In this document: piece by piece, positions 13,060 to 24,330 of the stretch | Layout of the letters: every line of letters begins with the position of its first letter | Numbering within the stretch: position 1 is the first letter of the stretch | Assembly (NCBI RefSeq): GCF_016432865.1 | Contig: NC_067401.1 | Location: 277,016,001-277,080,000, forward strand | Length of the DNA: 64,000 bases | Direction of reading: 5' to 3' | From: Antechinus flavipes | Taxonomy: Eukaryota | The notes under the pieces: generated by a model | The model's database searches: none | What the model was told of the DNA's origin: nothing | The model's input: only the letters and a program-made list of their open reading frames with translations | Translations under genes and position numbers: made by a program

Positions 13060-13255
13060 TCCAGCTGCTGTTGCAGGTGTCACCTGTGGTGCTCTGGAGG
13101 CAGTCCCTGAGTAGGCTGCCTGCCTTTTGAAGGTTGCCAGGTAGGCAATAATACACTTGCTTTTATTCCAGGATTAAACATCCTGTGATATTCATGGGAA
13201 TATCTGTGAGATGAAGTTATGCCCCAGGCAGATAATCTCTCCCTAAATAGGCAAC
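13060..13255. promoter_or_regulatory. Candidate enhancer (three E-boxes plus AP-2, GATA and CArG motifs)
   Basis: CAGCTG 13062-13067; CAGGTG-T-CACCTG 13074-13086; GCCCCAGGC 13221-13229; AGATAA 13230-13235; CCTAAATAGG 13242-13251. Lies in a TE-free, locally GC-richer block. Motifs only, no functional data. Confidence 0.3.
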
Positions 13256-13919
13256 TGAGTTAGGGAGACAAGAATGTGAATAGCTTTGAGGTATTTGGCT
13301 GTCTGTTCATGCCTATCAGAAATCTCCAGGTAAAGTGGTAGAAATCACAGGGTTTCTATTAATAGTCTTTCATTGGAAACAGGTAAAGTCCAACTGATAC
13401 TGGTAGAGTTTTCCCCAAATCTCATTCTATTTCTATATGAAGACAAACTTTCACCAGTATTTCTGTGGGAACTAGGTGGCTTTTTGGAATTCTCTTGAAT
13501 TTAAATTTATTTACTTATAAATCTTACTGGATAAGTTGACAATATGTTCTCTGACATCAATTCATCAACTCCATTAAAGGAAAGACCATGTAGTATAAGG
13601 GGGAAATAGCACTGAATTTGGAATATGAGGACCTGAAATCAAATTCTGTCTTTCTCAGTCTGACTTGTAGTATTTATTTACTTCTCTTCATCTCAGTATG
13701 TTAATTTGTAAAATAAGAGGAATCAGTTTAGATTTCTTATGACTTATCTTCTCTGCCGTATTGTGTGATACTATATATGTGATATTATCTGACTTATTCG
13801 TGAATTTAGTTCTTCAACACACTTATAAAAATTCACCCTGTTTGAGTTCAAGAAATATTAACAACAACAACAACAAAAACTATGCAGGTTAATGTATATG
13901 TATATGTATATGTCATTTT

Positions 13920-14160
13920 TCAGTTATGTCAGACTCTTCATGACACGAGTTGGGATTTTCTTGGCAAAGATATACTGGAATGATTTGCCAATTCCTTCTC
14001 CAACTGATTTTACAGATGAGGAAACTGAGGCAAAGAGGGTTAAGTGATTTGCTCAAGGTCTCACAGCTAGTAAATATCTGTGGTCAGAGTTGAAGTCAGG
14101 AAGATGAATTTTCCTGACTTCAGACTCCAGACTCTATCTATTGTGCTACGTAATTCCCCA
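13920..14160 (-). mobile_element. MAR1-type CORE-SINE
   Basis: cagttatgtcagactcttcatgac...ttttcttggcaaagatatactggaatgatttgcca...ttttacagatgaggaaactgaggcaa. Confidence 0.85.
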
Positions 14161-14180
14161 TAATAAATAATATCCCCATA

Positions 14181-14219
<39 letters not shown>

Positions 14220-14259
14220 TACATACACACACATCTGCACACCTATATGTGTATATGCC

Positions 14260-14301
<42 letters not shown>

Positions 14302-14310
14302 GTATGTATA
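14181..14310. repeat. Convergent (CA)n ... (TG)n microsatellite pair
   Basis: (CA)n about 14185-14214 and (TG)n about 14266-14296, separated by a CA/TA/TG-rich spacer. Confidence 0.95.
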
Positions 14311-15269
14311 TTATATGTATTCAAAAATAGCCTTCTGATAAAGCAGGGTAACTTAAATTTTATTTTCAAATAATAATAAGCATGTTTTTTCATTCTATCC
14401 CCTTTTCTACTGGGATAAAAAAATCCTTTTTTAACAAACATACAAAGTCAAGCATAATAAATTCCTTTGTAGGCCATCTCCAAAAAAGTGTGTTTCATTC
14501 TTTCCTTTGTATCAGAAGATGGGTAGCAATGCATCATTATTGGTCATCTTCCAGCTCCATATAGATGTACGCACAAATAAGCAGAAACCTTAAAAGGCAC
14601 TCCACTTTTTCAGGTACACAAAGACAAGGCTCTTCTGCTTTATATCATAACACAAAACATTAGTCATGAAGGAAGTGCCAAAACAAGATGCAAGAGAAAG
14701 TAGGTCTTATCACTGTCCAGGGTGTAGTGTTATGACATAATGGGTCCAAAGGTGAGCTTTTGAAATGTTTTATCTCATTGGTGAATAGCTCTGCCACATT
14801 TTTCAATGGACTAGAGAGAAGGGCAGGTTCTTTAAAACCAAGACAATACTTATATGCTTTTTAAAAAATGCATTTGGACATCCATATGGTGCCCCAGATC
14901 TACTCAGGTTTCTTATCAAATCTATTACTTCTGTCTTGCTCTTCTTCCCTATCCTACCCTATCCTCATGTTCTGATGTGGGAAAGGCAGTCATAGAGAAA
15001 CCATCATTACTAGAAAAGATATTTTATTGCCCCTTTCCCAGCATTCTCAGTGAGTCCCCAAATCAAAATTCCCATCCTTGGCCACCACTATTCTAGTGAT
15101 TTTTCCTTCCTTATTAGGATATAAGTTCTTTGAGGACAGGAACTGTCTCATTATTTTTTATGACCCAAAGCTAAAACAGTGTCTGGCACATAATAATAAA
15201 TACTTTTTACATAATAATATGCTTTTTTTTTCATTCGGATTGAACGAGATAAATGAAACTTAAGTGAAC

Positions 15270-15790
15270 AAACTTTTATGAAATGCTTGGTGTGTGTTGT
15301 CCTAGAAATACATGTTAAGCACTTTGAATACTAAATGAATAAGAATAAGAATAATAACTCATTCTAAGAGGGATAGTCTATGTGCTTCCTTTGGAGTTTC
15401 AGAACACAGCTCTAGACATGTAAGGCAGTTCCTGAGCAAATGAATATCATCTGGCTGTGTAAGGACAATGATTTGTGTGACAGCCCTACTTTGGCTGAAA
15501 GGCATTAAGAGGATGGAAAGATCCTGTGGGCCCGAGTGATCAGGGAAGGCTTCATAAGGAAAGTAGGACATGAGCTAGTCCTTGAAGGATATATAGGTTT
15601 TAAGCAGGCAGGGCAAAAAGGGAAGCACATTCCAAGAGAGAAAATGAGAACTTAAGACAAAGACATAGAGGCAAAAATTTGAAAAATATGCTTCAGGTAG
15701 CATATTTAACAGATTAGCTGGAACTGAAAGTTTAAGGAGGATCACAATGAGAATGACAAACTTCTGCAGATCCTTTATCAGTACATTAGT
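15270..15790 (-). mobile_element. L2 fragment
   Basis: gatcagggaaggcttcataaggaaagtaggacatgagctagtccttgaagga...aagcacattccaagagag. Confidence 0.6.
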
Positions 15791-16859
15791 TTTCATATAC
15801 CTATAAATAATACACAACACACATATGTAAGTATATGTATACATACACATACATGCATTATATACATGCTTACTATAGTAGACTTTTATTGTTACTGTTG
15901 TATTTTTGTTGTTGAGGAGGGAGTATAGCTTTACTTCTTATAAATAGCTGTAGATTTTTTATGTTATTCTGTATGGGCTGGTCTGAAACAAATTGCTTTC
16001 TTTGAAAGGAACTTGGTGTCTGTGATAGCATAGCTTTAAAAAATATTCATGTTTTTTCAACAGAATATAAAGATACTTTAAAAAATACAGAATAACTTCT
16101 TCACAATGCTTAATTCTATGGCTAATAGGAGTTCTAAGAAGGTAGAAGCCAGTTTTGTAGGTCCTTAAGATTCTTTATGATTCTGGAAAAATCTCTGGCA
16201 AATTTTTATTAGCCATACCCATAAAAAGAAGAATCAAAGTAAACCATGCTACTATATCCCACAATTTCACCAAATCCAAACTGAAAATGAAGTGTTTTTT
16301 TTTTTTTTCAGGAACAGGAACAGAGATAGGAAAAGCATGGTTTCTGAGATTTGCTTTGGAGACATGCCCATAACTCCCATTAGTAATAATGAAAGTTAAT
16401 GACAAGTCTTATGGGTTTAGACAATGGCTTGCCACATTTGTGACTACTTGTCAGAGAAGAGCTTGTTCTGCAGTGTGGTGGGTGTCCATTTGTAATTAGC
16501 AATTGCCTAAACACTATGCCCTGTACATATTTTGCCAACAAGAATTAACTTGGCATATAGAAAGGGGCATAATTTTCAAGCTGAAGGAAAAAAATATGCC
16601 TTTGAAAGTGCACAGGTTCTGAATATAATAAAGTCTTTGCCTCCATAAAATATAATTTCTTACTTTCAAATTCAAGGTTGAAAGAATGACTTCAGGTTTT
16701 CCAATTTCAAGAAGATAATTTGCTGGCTAACATTAGCCCCCAGGGAAATAAGTCACAATGAACTTTCCAAACCTAAGCAAACTATTGGTGCCCCACTGGA
16801 GCCTGAAGGCCCTCACTCTTTTAGGTCAATATAACACTACTTATATCATTAGATTAGCA

Positions 16860-17110
16860 GGAGGGCAGCATAAAAGAATGGAAATAGCCTTGGATTTAAG
16901 AGTCAGAAAGACCTGAGTTGGAGTTCTTGCTATTTGCTATTCTTTTGCTAGTTCTATTACTTACTAATAGTGTGTCCTCAAGCAAATCATTTATTCTTCA
17001 TCTGTACCATGGGAATAATAATATTTCTTGTACCTCTATCTGAGAGGACTGTAAGGATTAAATGAGATAATGCATGAGAAATTGTTTTGTAAATTATGAA
17101 GTGTAAATTA
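16860..17110 (+). mobile_element. MIR SINE
   Basis: ggatttaagagtcagaaagacctgagttggagttcttg...ttcatctgtaccatgggaataataata...ggattaaatgagataatgcatg. Confidence 0.75.
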
Positions 17111-17489
17111 TTGTGTCCCTTTTAGCACTTACATTCTGCGATGTTTATTATTAATGGTACCCTTAGGGTCTGAAAAAAAAGGTAATTAAATGTCTAAAAT
17201 GACCTCATTCACGAACAAGACATAGCAGTACTGCTTGTTAGGATTTAATTTAATTATTTGTTCAAGTAGAAAGAAAGACACTTTTAGATTTACAGTTTGG
17301 ATATGGAATCAGGAAAACCTGAGTTCAAATCCTTCCTTAGACATTAGTCATATGACTCAGGATAAATCTTTAGTCTTTCTACCTTAATTCTTCATCTATA
17401 AAATAAGACTTAGACTGGATAGACTTTCAGCTCTAAATATTTGATATTATAATATATCAAAGAGGTTGCTTTATTAGTGTACAAAGCAA

Positions 17490-18368
17490 CACAACTGTCA
17501 GATTGGCTAGAATGATAGGGAAAAATAATGCAGAATGTTGGAGGAGATGTGGGAACACAGGGATACTAATACACTGTTGGTGGAATTGTGAATACATCCA
17601 GCCATTCTGGAGAGCGACTTGGAACTATGCTCAAAAAGTTATCAAACTGTGCATACCATTTAATCCAGCAGTGTTACTACTGGGCTTATACCCCAAAGAG
17701 ATACTAAAGAAGGGAAAGGGACCTGTATGTGCCAAAATGTTTGTGGCAGCCTTCTTTGTAGTGGCTAGAAACTGGAAAAGAATGGATGCCCATCAATTGG
17801 AGAATGGTTGGATAAATTGTGGTATATGAATGTTATGGAATATTATTGTTCTGTAAGAAATGACCAGCAGGATGAATACAGAGAGGCTTGGAGAGACTTA
17901 CATGAATTGATGGTAAGTGAAATGAGCAGAACCAGGAGATCATTATACACTTCAACAACGATACTGTATGAGGATGTATTATGAAGGAAGTGGATCTCTT
18001 CAACAAAGATATCTAACTCAGTTTCAATTAATTAAGGATGGACAGAAGCAGCTACACCCTAAGAAAGAACACTGGGAAATGAATGTAAACTGCTTGCATT
18101 TTTGTTTTGTTTTTTTTCCCGGGTTATTTTTATCTTCTGAATCCAATTCTCCTGTGCAACAAGAGAACTGTTTGGTTCTGCACACATATATTGTATCTAG
18201 GATATATTGTGACATATTTAACATGTAAAGGACTGCTTGCCATCTGGAGGAGGGGGTGGAGGGAGGAAGGGGAAAAGTCAGAACAGAAGTGAGTGCAAGG
18301 GATAAGTTGTAAAAAATTACCCAGGCATGGGTTCTGTCAATAAAAAGTTATAATTATGAAAAAAAAAA
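17490..18368 (+). mobile_element. 5'-truncated L1 (ORF2 C-terminus plus complete 3' UTR) with 15-bp TSD
   Basis: ORF 17503-17829 is L1 ORF2 C-terminus (CWRRCGNTGILIHCWW...YPKEILKKGKGPVCAKMFVAA); AATAAA and A tail; TSD tagtgtacaaagcaa at 17475-17489 and 18369-18383. Confidence 0.95.
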
Positions 18369-19929
18369 TAGTGTACAAAGCAAAAGATATTTCAATACTT
18401 GTTTTGATCTGGGTTTTGATTCAGGCCCTGGCCACATTCTAACTTTGATTTTTCTATCTTTAAAATGGGAAGAAGGTTTTTTATTACATCAGATAGTTAT
18501 AGGAAGCTGATATGAAGATCAAAGACATTAATGATTCAATTTTATTTTATTATTTATGTACTTTATAAGAAATTTCATATTTTCTTCAGATCATCTGAAT
18601 CCCAGAAAAAGGCACTGCTTTAGCCAATAAAGCTGCTCTGATATCAAACTTACATCAAACTTAACCAGCTCTTCCCTTGAGGGAAATTTGCAAATTGATA
18701 AAATTTAAAAATTTGCAAAACACTTTCAAGTCTTCCTCTCAAAGCTTCCCTAAATGTAAAAAATGTTCAATGGGAATACCCTTCATGTTGTGACAGTCTG
18801 AACTCTATGTACCTATTCATGCTTTTAGATTAATTTAGTAACATAAGCTGTTCCAAAAATGCTTACAGCTGATTTAGCGCCCTTACATGCTTAGAATTTA
18901 TAGACGGACAAATAAAATGTATGTCTGGTTAGGTGGCAGGAATTGCTGAAACTACTATCTTAGTAATTCTAGAATCTAGGTTTAGAAGAAGTAGCATCTA
19001 GATCTCAAGAAGAGTCCTCCCCTGCACAAGTTCCTAATTGTTTAGAGACCTTAAATTGCCCTAATTTCATCCTTTGGAAAAGAAAGGAATTCAGGAATGC
19101 CCTATGCTATTTACTTGTTATAGAAAGGAACAGTCTGGGGCCATGTCAGATCAAAGAAAAGCTTACCTGAAATTTTGAAAAGCCTCCTGGTCTCACCTTG
19201 GGCAGCCTTCAAAGCTGGCTTTCCCTTTCATTACTATTTAAGGAGCAGAGTTTTGTGTTTTCATATAGAATAAGATTATTAAGAATAGCCTATTCCCCAG
19301 AAGAGTCTCAGTTCCAAGGTTCTGATCCATTATCCTCTACCTCTAGGTAAGACAGCAGAAAAAATAGGGGATGCAAAATTTTTCTTCTTTTATTTTGCTG
19401 CATTCTACAAACACAGTAAAATCTAAACTAAAATTTGAGAGAAATTGTTTTTTGTTCCTTAGAAATCTTAATGACTGCTATTAGTGTGCAAATATATAGC
19501 TGAACTGGCATAATAGAAAAAAAAAAACTTTACTTTTGTTTACAATTTTCCTTTAATGTTGTGGTAAATAAGCTGTAAAATCGCACAGATTGATAAAAGA
19601 GAATGGCATTGAAGTTGATCTCTTATCTATTTTTGTTACATGGCTCACTTTAATCTCCTGTATCAACATCATCATCATCATCATGTTTTCTTTTCTTGTA
19701 GAGAGAAGCATTGAATTTTCAAAGAATAAAAATCTCTTACTTGTATGACTAGTTTTTTTTATATAACCTCTTTAACCTTACCTCTGAAAGCTATTGATTT
19801 TTTGTGCCTTGTTTTTGTTCTCACAGTGGTTCTAGATTATGTTCTATCAATTTAATTCTTAATAGCAGAACCAGATAGTGGTGGTTTCTATATTTATAAA
19901 TGTTTCTTATTTAATTATGGCTAACAGTT

Positions 19930-20170
19930 ATCTAGTGCTGTAAGGTCTGAAAAGCATTTTAGACAAATTATCTCATTTAATTTTATAGCAACTCTGTTAA
20001 ATAGATGTTATTATTATCCCCATTTTACAGATGAGGAAAATGAGACTGAGAATAATTAAATGTAATGCCCAGGATCTCAGAGCTAATTAAACATCTGAGG
20101 CAAGATTCAGACTCATGTCTTCTTAACTTCAGATATAGAACCTTCTCTACTCTGTCATCTAGCTACCAAA
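19930..20170 (-). mobile_element. MIR SINE
   Basis: attattatccccattttacagatgaggaaaatgagactgag...gcccaggatctcagagcta...ctgaggcaagattcagactc. Confidence 0.8.
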
Positions 20171-20310
20171 CATGGTGGAATAGTTTTCAGGTATTCACTT
20201 TCCCCAAATACTGCTATGATTTTAGTTATGGAAATTTAAAGACCAAGAAATCAGGTGTTAGTCTCCCATCCTCAATTACTTCACATTTATTTTGTACTTA
20301 ATTGTGAACA

Positions 20311-20359
<49 letters not shown>

Positions 20360-20387
20360 ACAATTTTTTTTCTAATAGAATGTAAGC

Positions 20388-20611
20388 NNNNNNNNNNNNN
20401 NNNNNNNNNNNNNNNNNNNNNNNNNNNNNNNNNNNNNNNNNNNNNNNNNNNNNNNNNNNNNNNNNNNNNNNNNNNNNNNNNNNNNNNNNNNNNNNNNNNN
20501 NNNNNNNNNNNNNNNNNNNNNNNNNNNNNNNNNNNNNNNNNNNNNNNNNNNNNNNNNNNNNNNNNNNNNNNNNNNNNNNNNNNNNNNNNNNNNNNNNNNN
20601 NNNNNNNNNNN
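20388..20611. other. Assembly gap (N run)
   Basis: 224 N, followed by a purine-rich (GAAA/GGAA)-like tract. Confidence 1.
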
Positions 20612-20930
20612 GAAGAAACGAGAGAGGGAAGAAAGGAAGAAAGAGAAGAAGAGAGGGAGGGAAAGCAAGTGAGGCAGTGAAGGGAAGCAATGGCATTCCA
20701 GGTAAGGAGGCAAGATTTATTCCAGTTTAGATAATAGTTAGGATGATAGTTTGGTGGAATATAGAAGGCATATAGTAATGTACTTTGTAGGAAACTATTT
20801 GTGTTAAATGAATTCTGACATGTATCATAGAATTAAAGTTTTAATATTGGAAAGAATTGTGAAGGTCAGCTATTATAATCTATACAAATTCAGAGAATGA
20901 AACTGAGGCCTAGAAAGATTAAGTAACTTT

Positions 20931-21070
20931 TTTTCCCTGAGGCAATTGGGAAAATGACTTGCCCAGAAACACACAGCTAGGAAGTATTAAGTGTCTAAGG
21001 CTGGATCTGAACTCAGGTCCTCCTGATTTTAGGGCTGGTGCTCTAGCCACTGAGCTACCTAGCTGTTACA
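20931..21070 (-). mobile_element. WSINE1-type short CORE-SINE inserted into a MIR, 13-bp TSD
   Basis: Reverse complement reads cagctaggtagctcagtggctagagcaccagccc...gacacttaatacttcctagctgtgtg...caattgcctcagggaaaa; TSD attaagtaacttt at 20918-20930 and 21071-21083. Confidence 0.85.
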
Positions 21071-21589
21071 ATTAAGTAACTTTCTTAAAATCACACACAT
21101 AGTTTGATAGCAGAAGTAGGATTTGAACACTGGTTCTCTGACATCTAATCCAGGATTATTTGTAATATTTCATATGGACTCTCAGTTAATTTTATTTGGA
21201 ATAAAGACAGAGTATCCTCTTTATATTTCATATTAATTATTTTCATTTAAGATTGTGTCTTTCCTTTCCTTCCCCTTCTTCCCACCAGAATATCTACTTA
21301 AGGAATTGCTATGAAGAATAAATGAGATAATTTGTCTAAAATGCTTTGCAAATCTTAAAGTACTAGATAAATATTAGCTATGATTAAACAAGAAACATGT
21401 ATAAATATAGAAACCACTACTGCCTGGTTCTGCTATTAAGGAAGATTGATTAAATCAATAGAACCTAATCTAGAACTATTGTGAGAACAAAAACAAGGCA
21501 TAAAAAAATTAGTGGCTTTTAGAGGCAGGATTAAAGAGATTATATAAGACATCTTATATTCTGTTCTGTGACATCTGCTCTAATAAGTA

Positions 21590-21962
21590 AATTTTTGCTT
21601 CAGAACAAGACCTCCCTATCATTTCTTGACCATTTTCATGCTATGCAATTTTCTTCCCTTCTTCTGACTTCCATTTATGTGTTTTCCCTTATTTAAATTT
21701 AAACTTCCTTAGGGAATTAAAGTCATTTCTTTGCTATTCCCCAAACATGACATCCAATTTCCATTTTTTTGTGTGTGTGCATAGATTCCCCTATCTTGCT
21801 TTCTAGAATGTCTCTCCTCTTTTCTTCCTCTTGGAATCTTTATTTCTCTTTAAGGCTCATCCTAAGTGTCACTCCCTTCAAGAAACCTTCTTTGATTTTC
21901 TGCAAGTGTTAGTCTCCCTACCTCAATTATTTCACATTAATTTTTTACTTAACTGTGAACAC

Positions 21963-22002
<40 letters not shown>

Positions 22003-22140
22003 TGCAGACATATTTTTTTCCAATAAAATGAAGGCTCATAGTGGTCTGTAACTTAAATGTCTTGCTTTTTGTTTGTATCTTAAACCCCAAACATAATGCC
22101 ACATAGTACTTCTTATTACAAACTTATTGATCAATTGATC
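21590..22140 (+). mobile_element. L2 3' end containing a (TG)n microsatellite
   Basis: ttctagaatgtctctcctc...tttaaggctcatcctaagtgtcactcccttcaagaaaccttc...acttattgatcaattg tail. Confidence 0.7.
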
Positions 22141-23099
22141 GATACAAATGAAATGCAATACATAGTAGCAAACAATTGACATATGTAATAACCTTAGTTA
22201 ATATTATTCAAAATCAGTGACAGAGTCTAAAATCAAACCTTTGATTCTATGAATACTACCTATTGGTTAACATCAGGAGCACTAATGTTACACATACATA
22301 CTGAAAAAGATCAGTTTTTAGTAAAAGAGAATATTCTTTGCTGGATCAAAACAATCATAAATAATTTTAAGGACTCAATGTTTCTAAGTAGGATCCATGA
22401 ATTATAAATCTATGATTGTAGTAGTGGTTAAACACTGCATGACTCATAGATATAAATGGGACCTGCATGGATATAAGGCCCACAATGCTTGTCAGGTTGA
22501 TTTGTGCATCACTAGTATTTGTAATTTGGAACTGGCAAAAAGTCATCTAGACAATATTGCCTTTATCACACACATCATTACTGCAAATCCCAAAGCTCAT
22601 TTTTTTCCTTTTTGCAGTGGTTTGATCTGACAGACCAAATAGTTTACTAATTGTAGTTAGTGTGAGTTTTCAGGAAAAGGCCTCTTGTTAAGTGGGTTTC
22701 AGCAGACCTTTTGATGAATTTTAATTGGAATCACAAAAGATGCTTTTTTCTCCACACTCTCCCATGCTGTCATTTCAGGTATTTTTAAGTAAATAAAACC
22801 AGAAGTAGACATGCCTAAAAATGATTAATTGGAACTGGCAAACTTTGTATAAAATCCTAAGATACTGGAAAACAAATGTATTATTTATATCACTGATGGG
22901 ACAAAAGAATTTATTATAAACATCTTTGCAGATCTTTTCCATCTTTCATTTGTTAGTTTCCTTTCACTTTTATCTTTAAGAGCCCTTAGGATAATTGTTC
23001 TTAGTTATATCTTTTACTAAGCTTTCTTTAAAGTTGTTTTTTCTTATACTTCTTCCTGCTATTTTATGAGGCAATGTTGATTATAATATTCAACAATCC

Positions 23100-23240
23100 T
23101 TTATAAATGATATATCCTTATATCATTTATATTAATATTATAATAAATTATATTATGACATATTATAATATAATAAATTATATTAAAATAAAATTATAAT
23201 AATATTATAATAATTATAATCCTTATAAATTTATAAATGA
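23100..23240. repeat. Almost pure-AT low-complexity tract
   Basis: Seen directly; contains tataataaattatatta twice. Confidence 0.85.
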
Positions 23241-24099
23241 GTCTGTATTCTAACCTAATATTGTGATTATTTGCTCTATCTCTTCATTTGGCAAGGAGAT
23301 TAAGAATAAAGTGTTGTTCGACATGAATCCTAGCCTTGCTTCCTTGTAATGTTCATTCATGTACATAATCTATTTTTTTCTGTCGAATTGTCATCATTTT
23401 TACCTCCTTTTCTTTATTTCCCATTTTTTGAACCAATGACTTGATTGAATAGCTCAGATTGAAGTTATTTTAATTACATGACAAATCTTTTTTTAATTTT
23501 TAGTTTTTCTTCTATTCTTTATATTAATTTTATTTTTTGTTCTAACAAATCAATGAATAATCTGCACACATCAGATAGCTGATTTGGGGAATGACTCATA
23601 TCCGTAATCAGTAATTTCTTGTCCATCAAAATATATTCTTTTGAGATGTTATTTGGTGCTTACCATATTAAGTGCCTTCTCACACTTTTCTCAAAGTGAT
23701 TATGATATACAGGCAAGAGAATGGCTCCTGTATATTCTATAAACCTTTGGTCTTTCTCACTTATTACTCAAACTATATTTTATAACATATTTTCTACTGT
23801 CTTTCCCTGTACGCACTTCTGTACTTTCTGCACTGATGTTTTGTTTATTTGATTTAAAAGCTCTTCTTAAATTCCTCACGTCATTTCTCTAACTTTTTAT
23901 CTTCTGTAACAGATGTCATACAAACCAATTGTTTTCTAGGTAGTCTTTACAAATATTTATTAAGAGTTGGAGATGGATAAATATTCCATGATGTCACATA
24001 TTTTTGTAGACCTTGAATCAAGATAGAAACCAATTTTGTTAGCTTTTATATTTGCCTCTCCCAAGTAGAATCTATTAATAATAATGATTTATCTGATGT

Positions 24100-24330
24100 T
24101 TTAATGGTTGCAAGGGGCTTTCCATATGTTATATCATTTTATACTTAGTTCTTACCTGAAATAAGTGCTATTATTATCTGTATTTCATAGACAGGGAAAC
24201 TGAGTTTAAGAGAGTTTAATTGACTTGCCCTTAGTGATGCAGATAGGAATTGTTTAAGCTTAGATTTGAACACAAGTTTTCCTATATCCAAATTGAACAC
24301 ATTATCTATTGTATCATCCAACTACCATCT
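24100..24330 (-). mobile_element. MIR SINE
   Basis: tattattatctgtatttcatagacagggaaactgagttt...tgacttgccc...agatttgaacacaag. Confidence 0.75.

Noticed and set aside
20255-20713. ORFs of 113-141 aa
   Set aside because: Their length comes from the N gap and simple repeats.
22440-22446. Isolated AP-1 sites TGACTCA (also 23592-23598 and 42965-42971)
   Set aside because: A 7-mer is expected several times in 64 kb and there is no supporting motif cluster.
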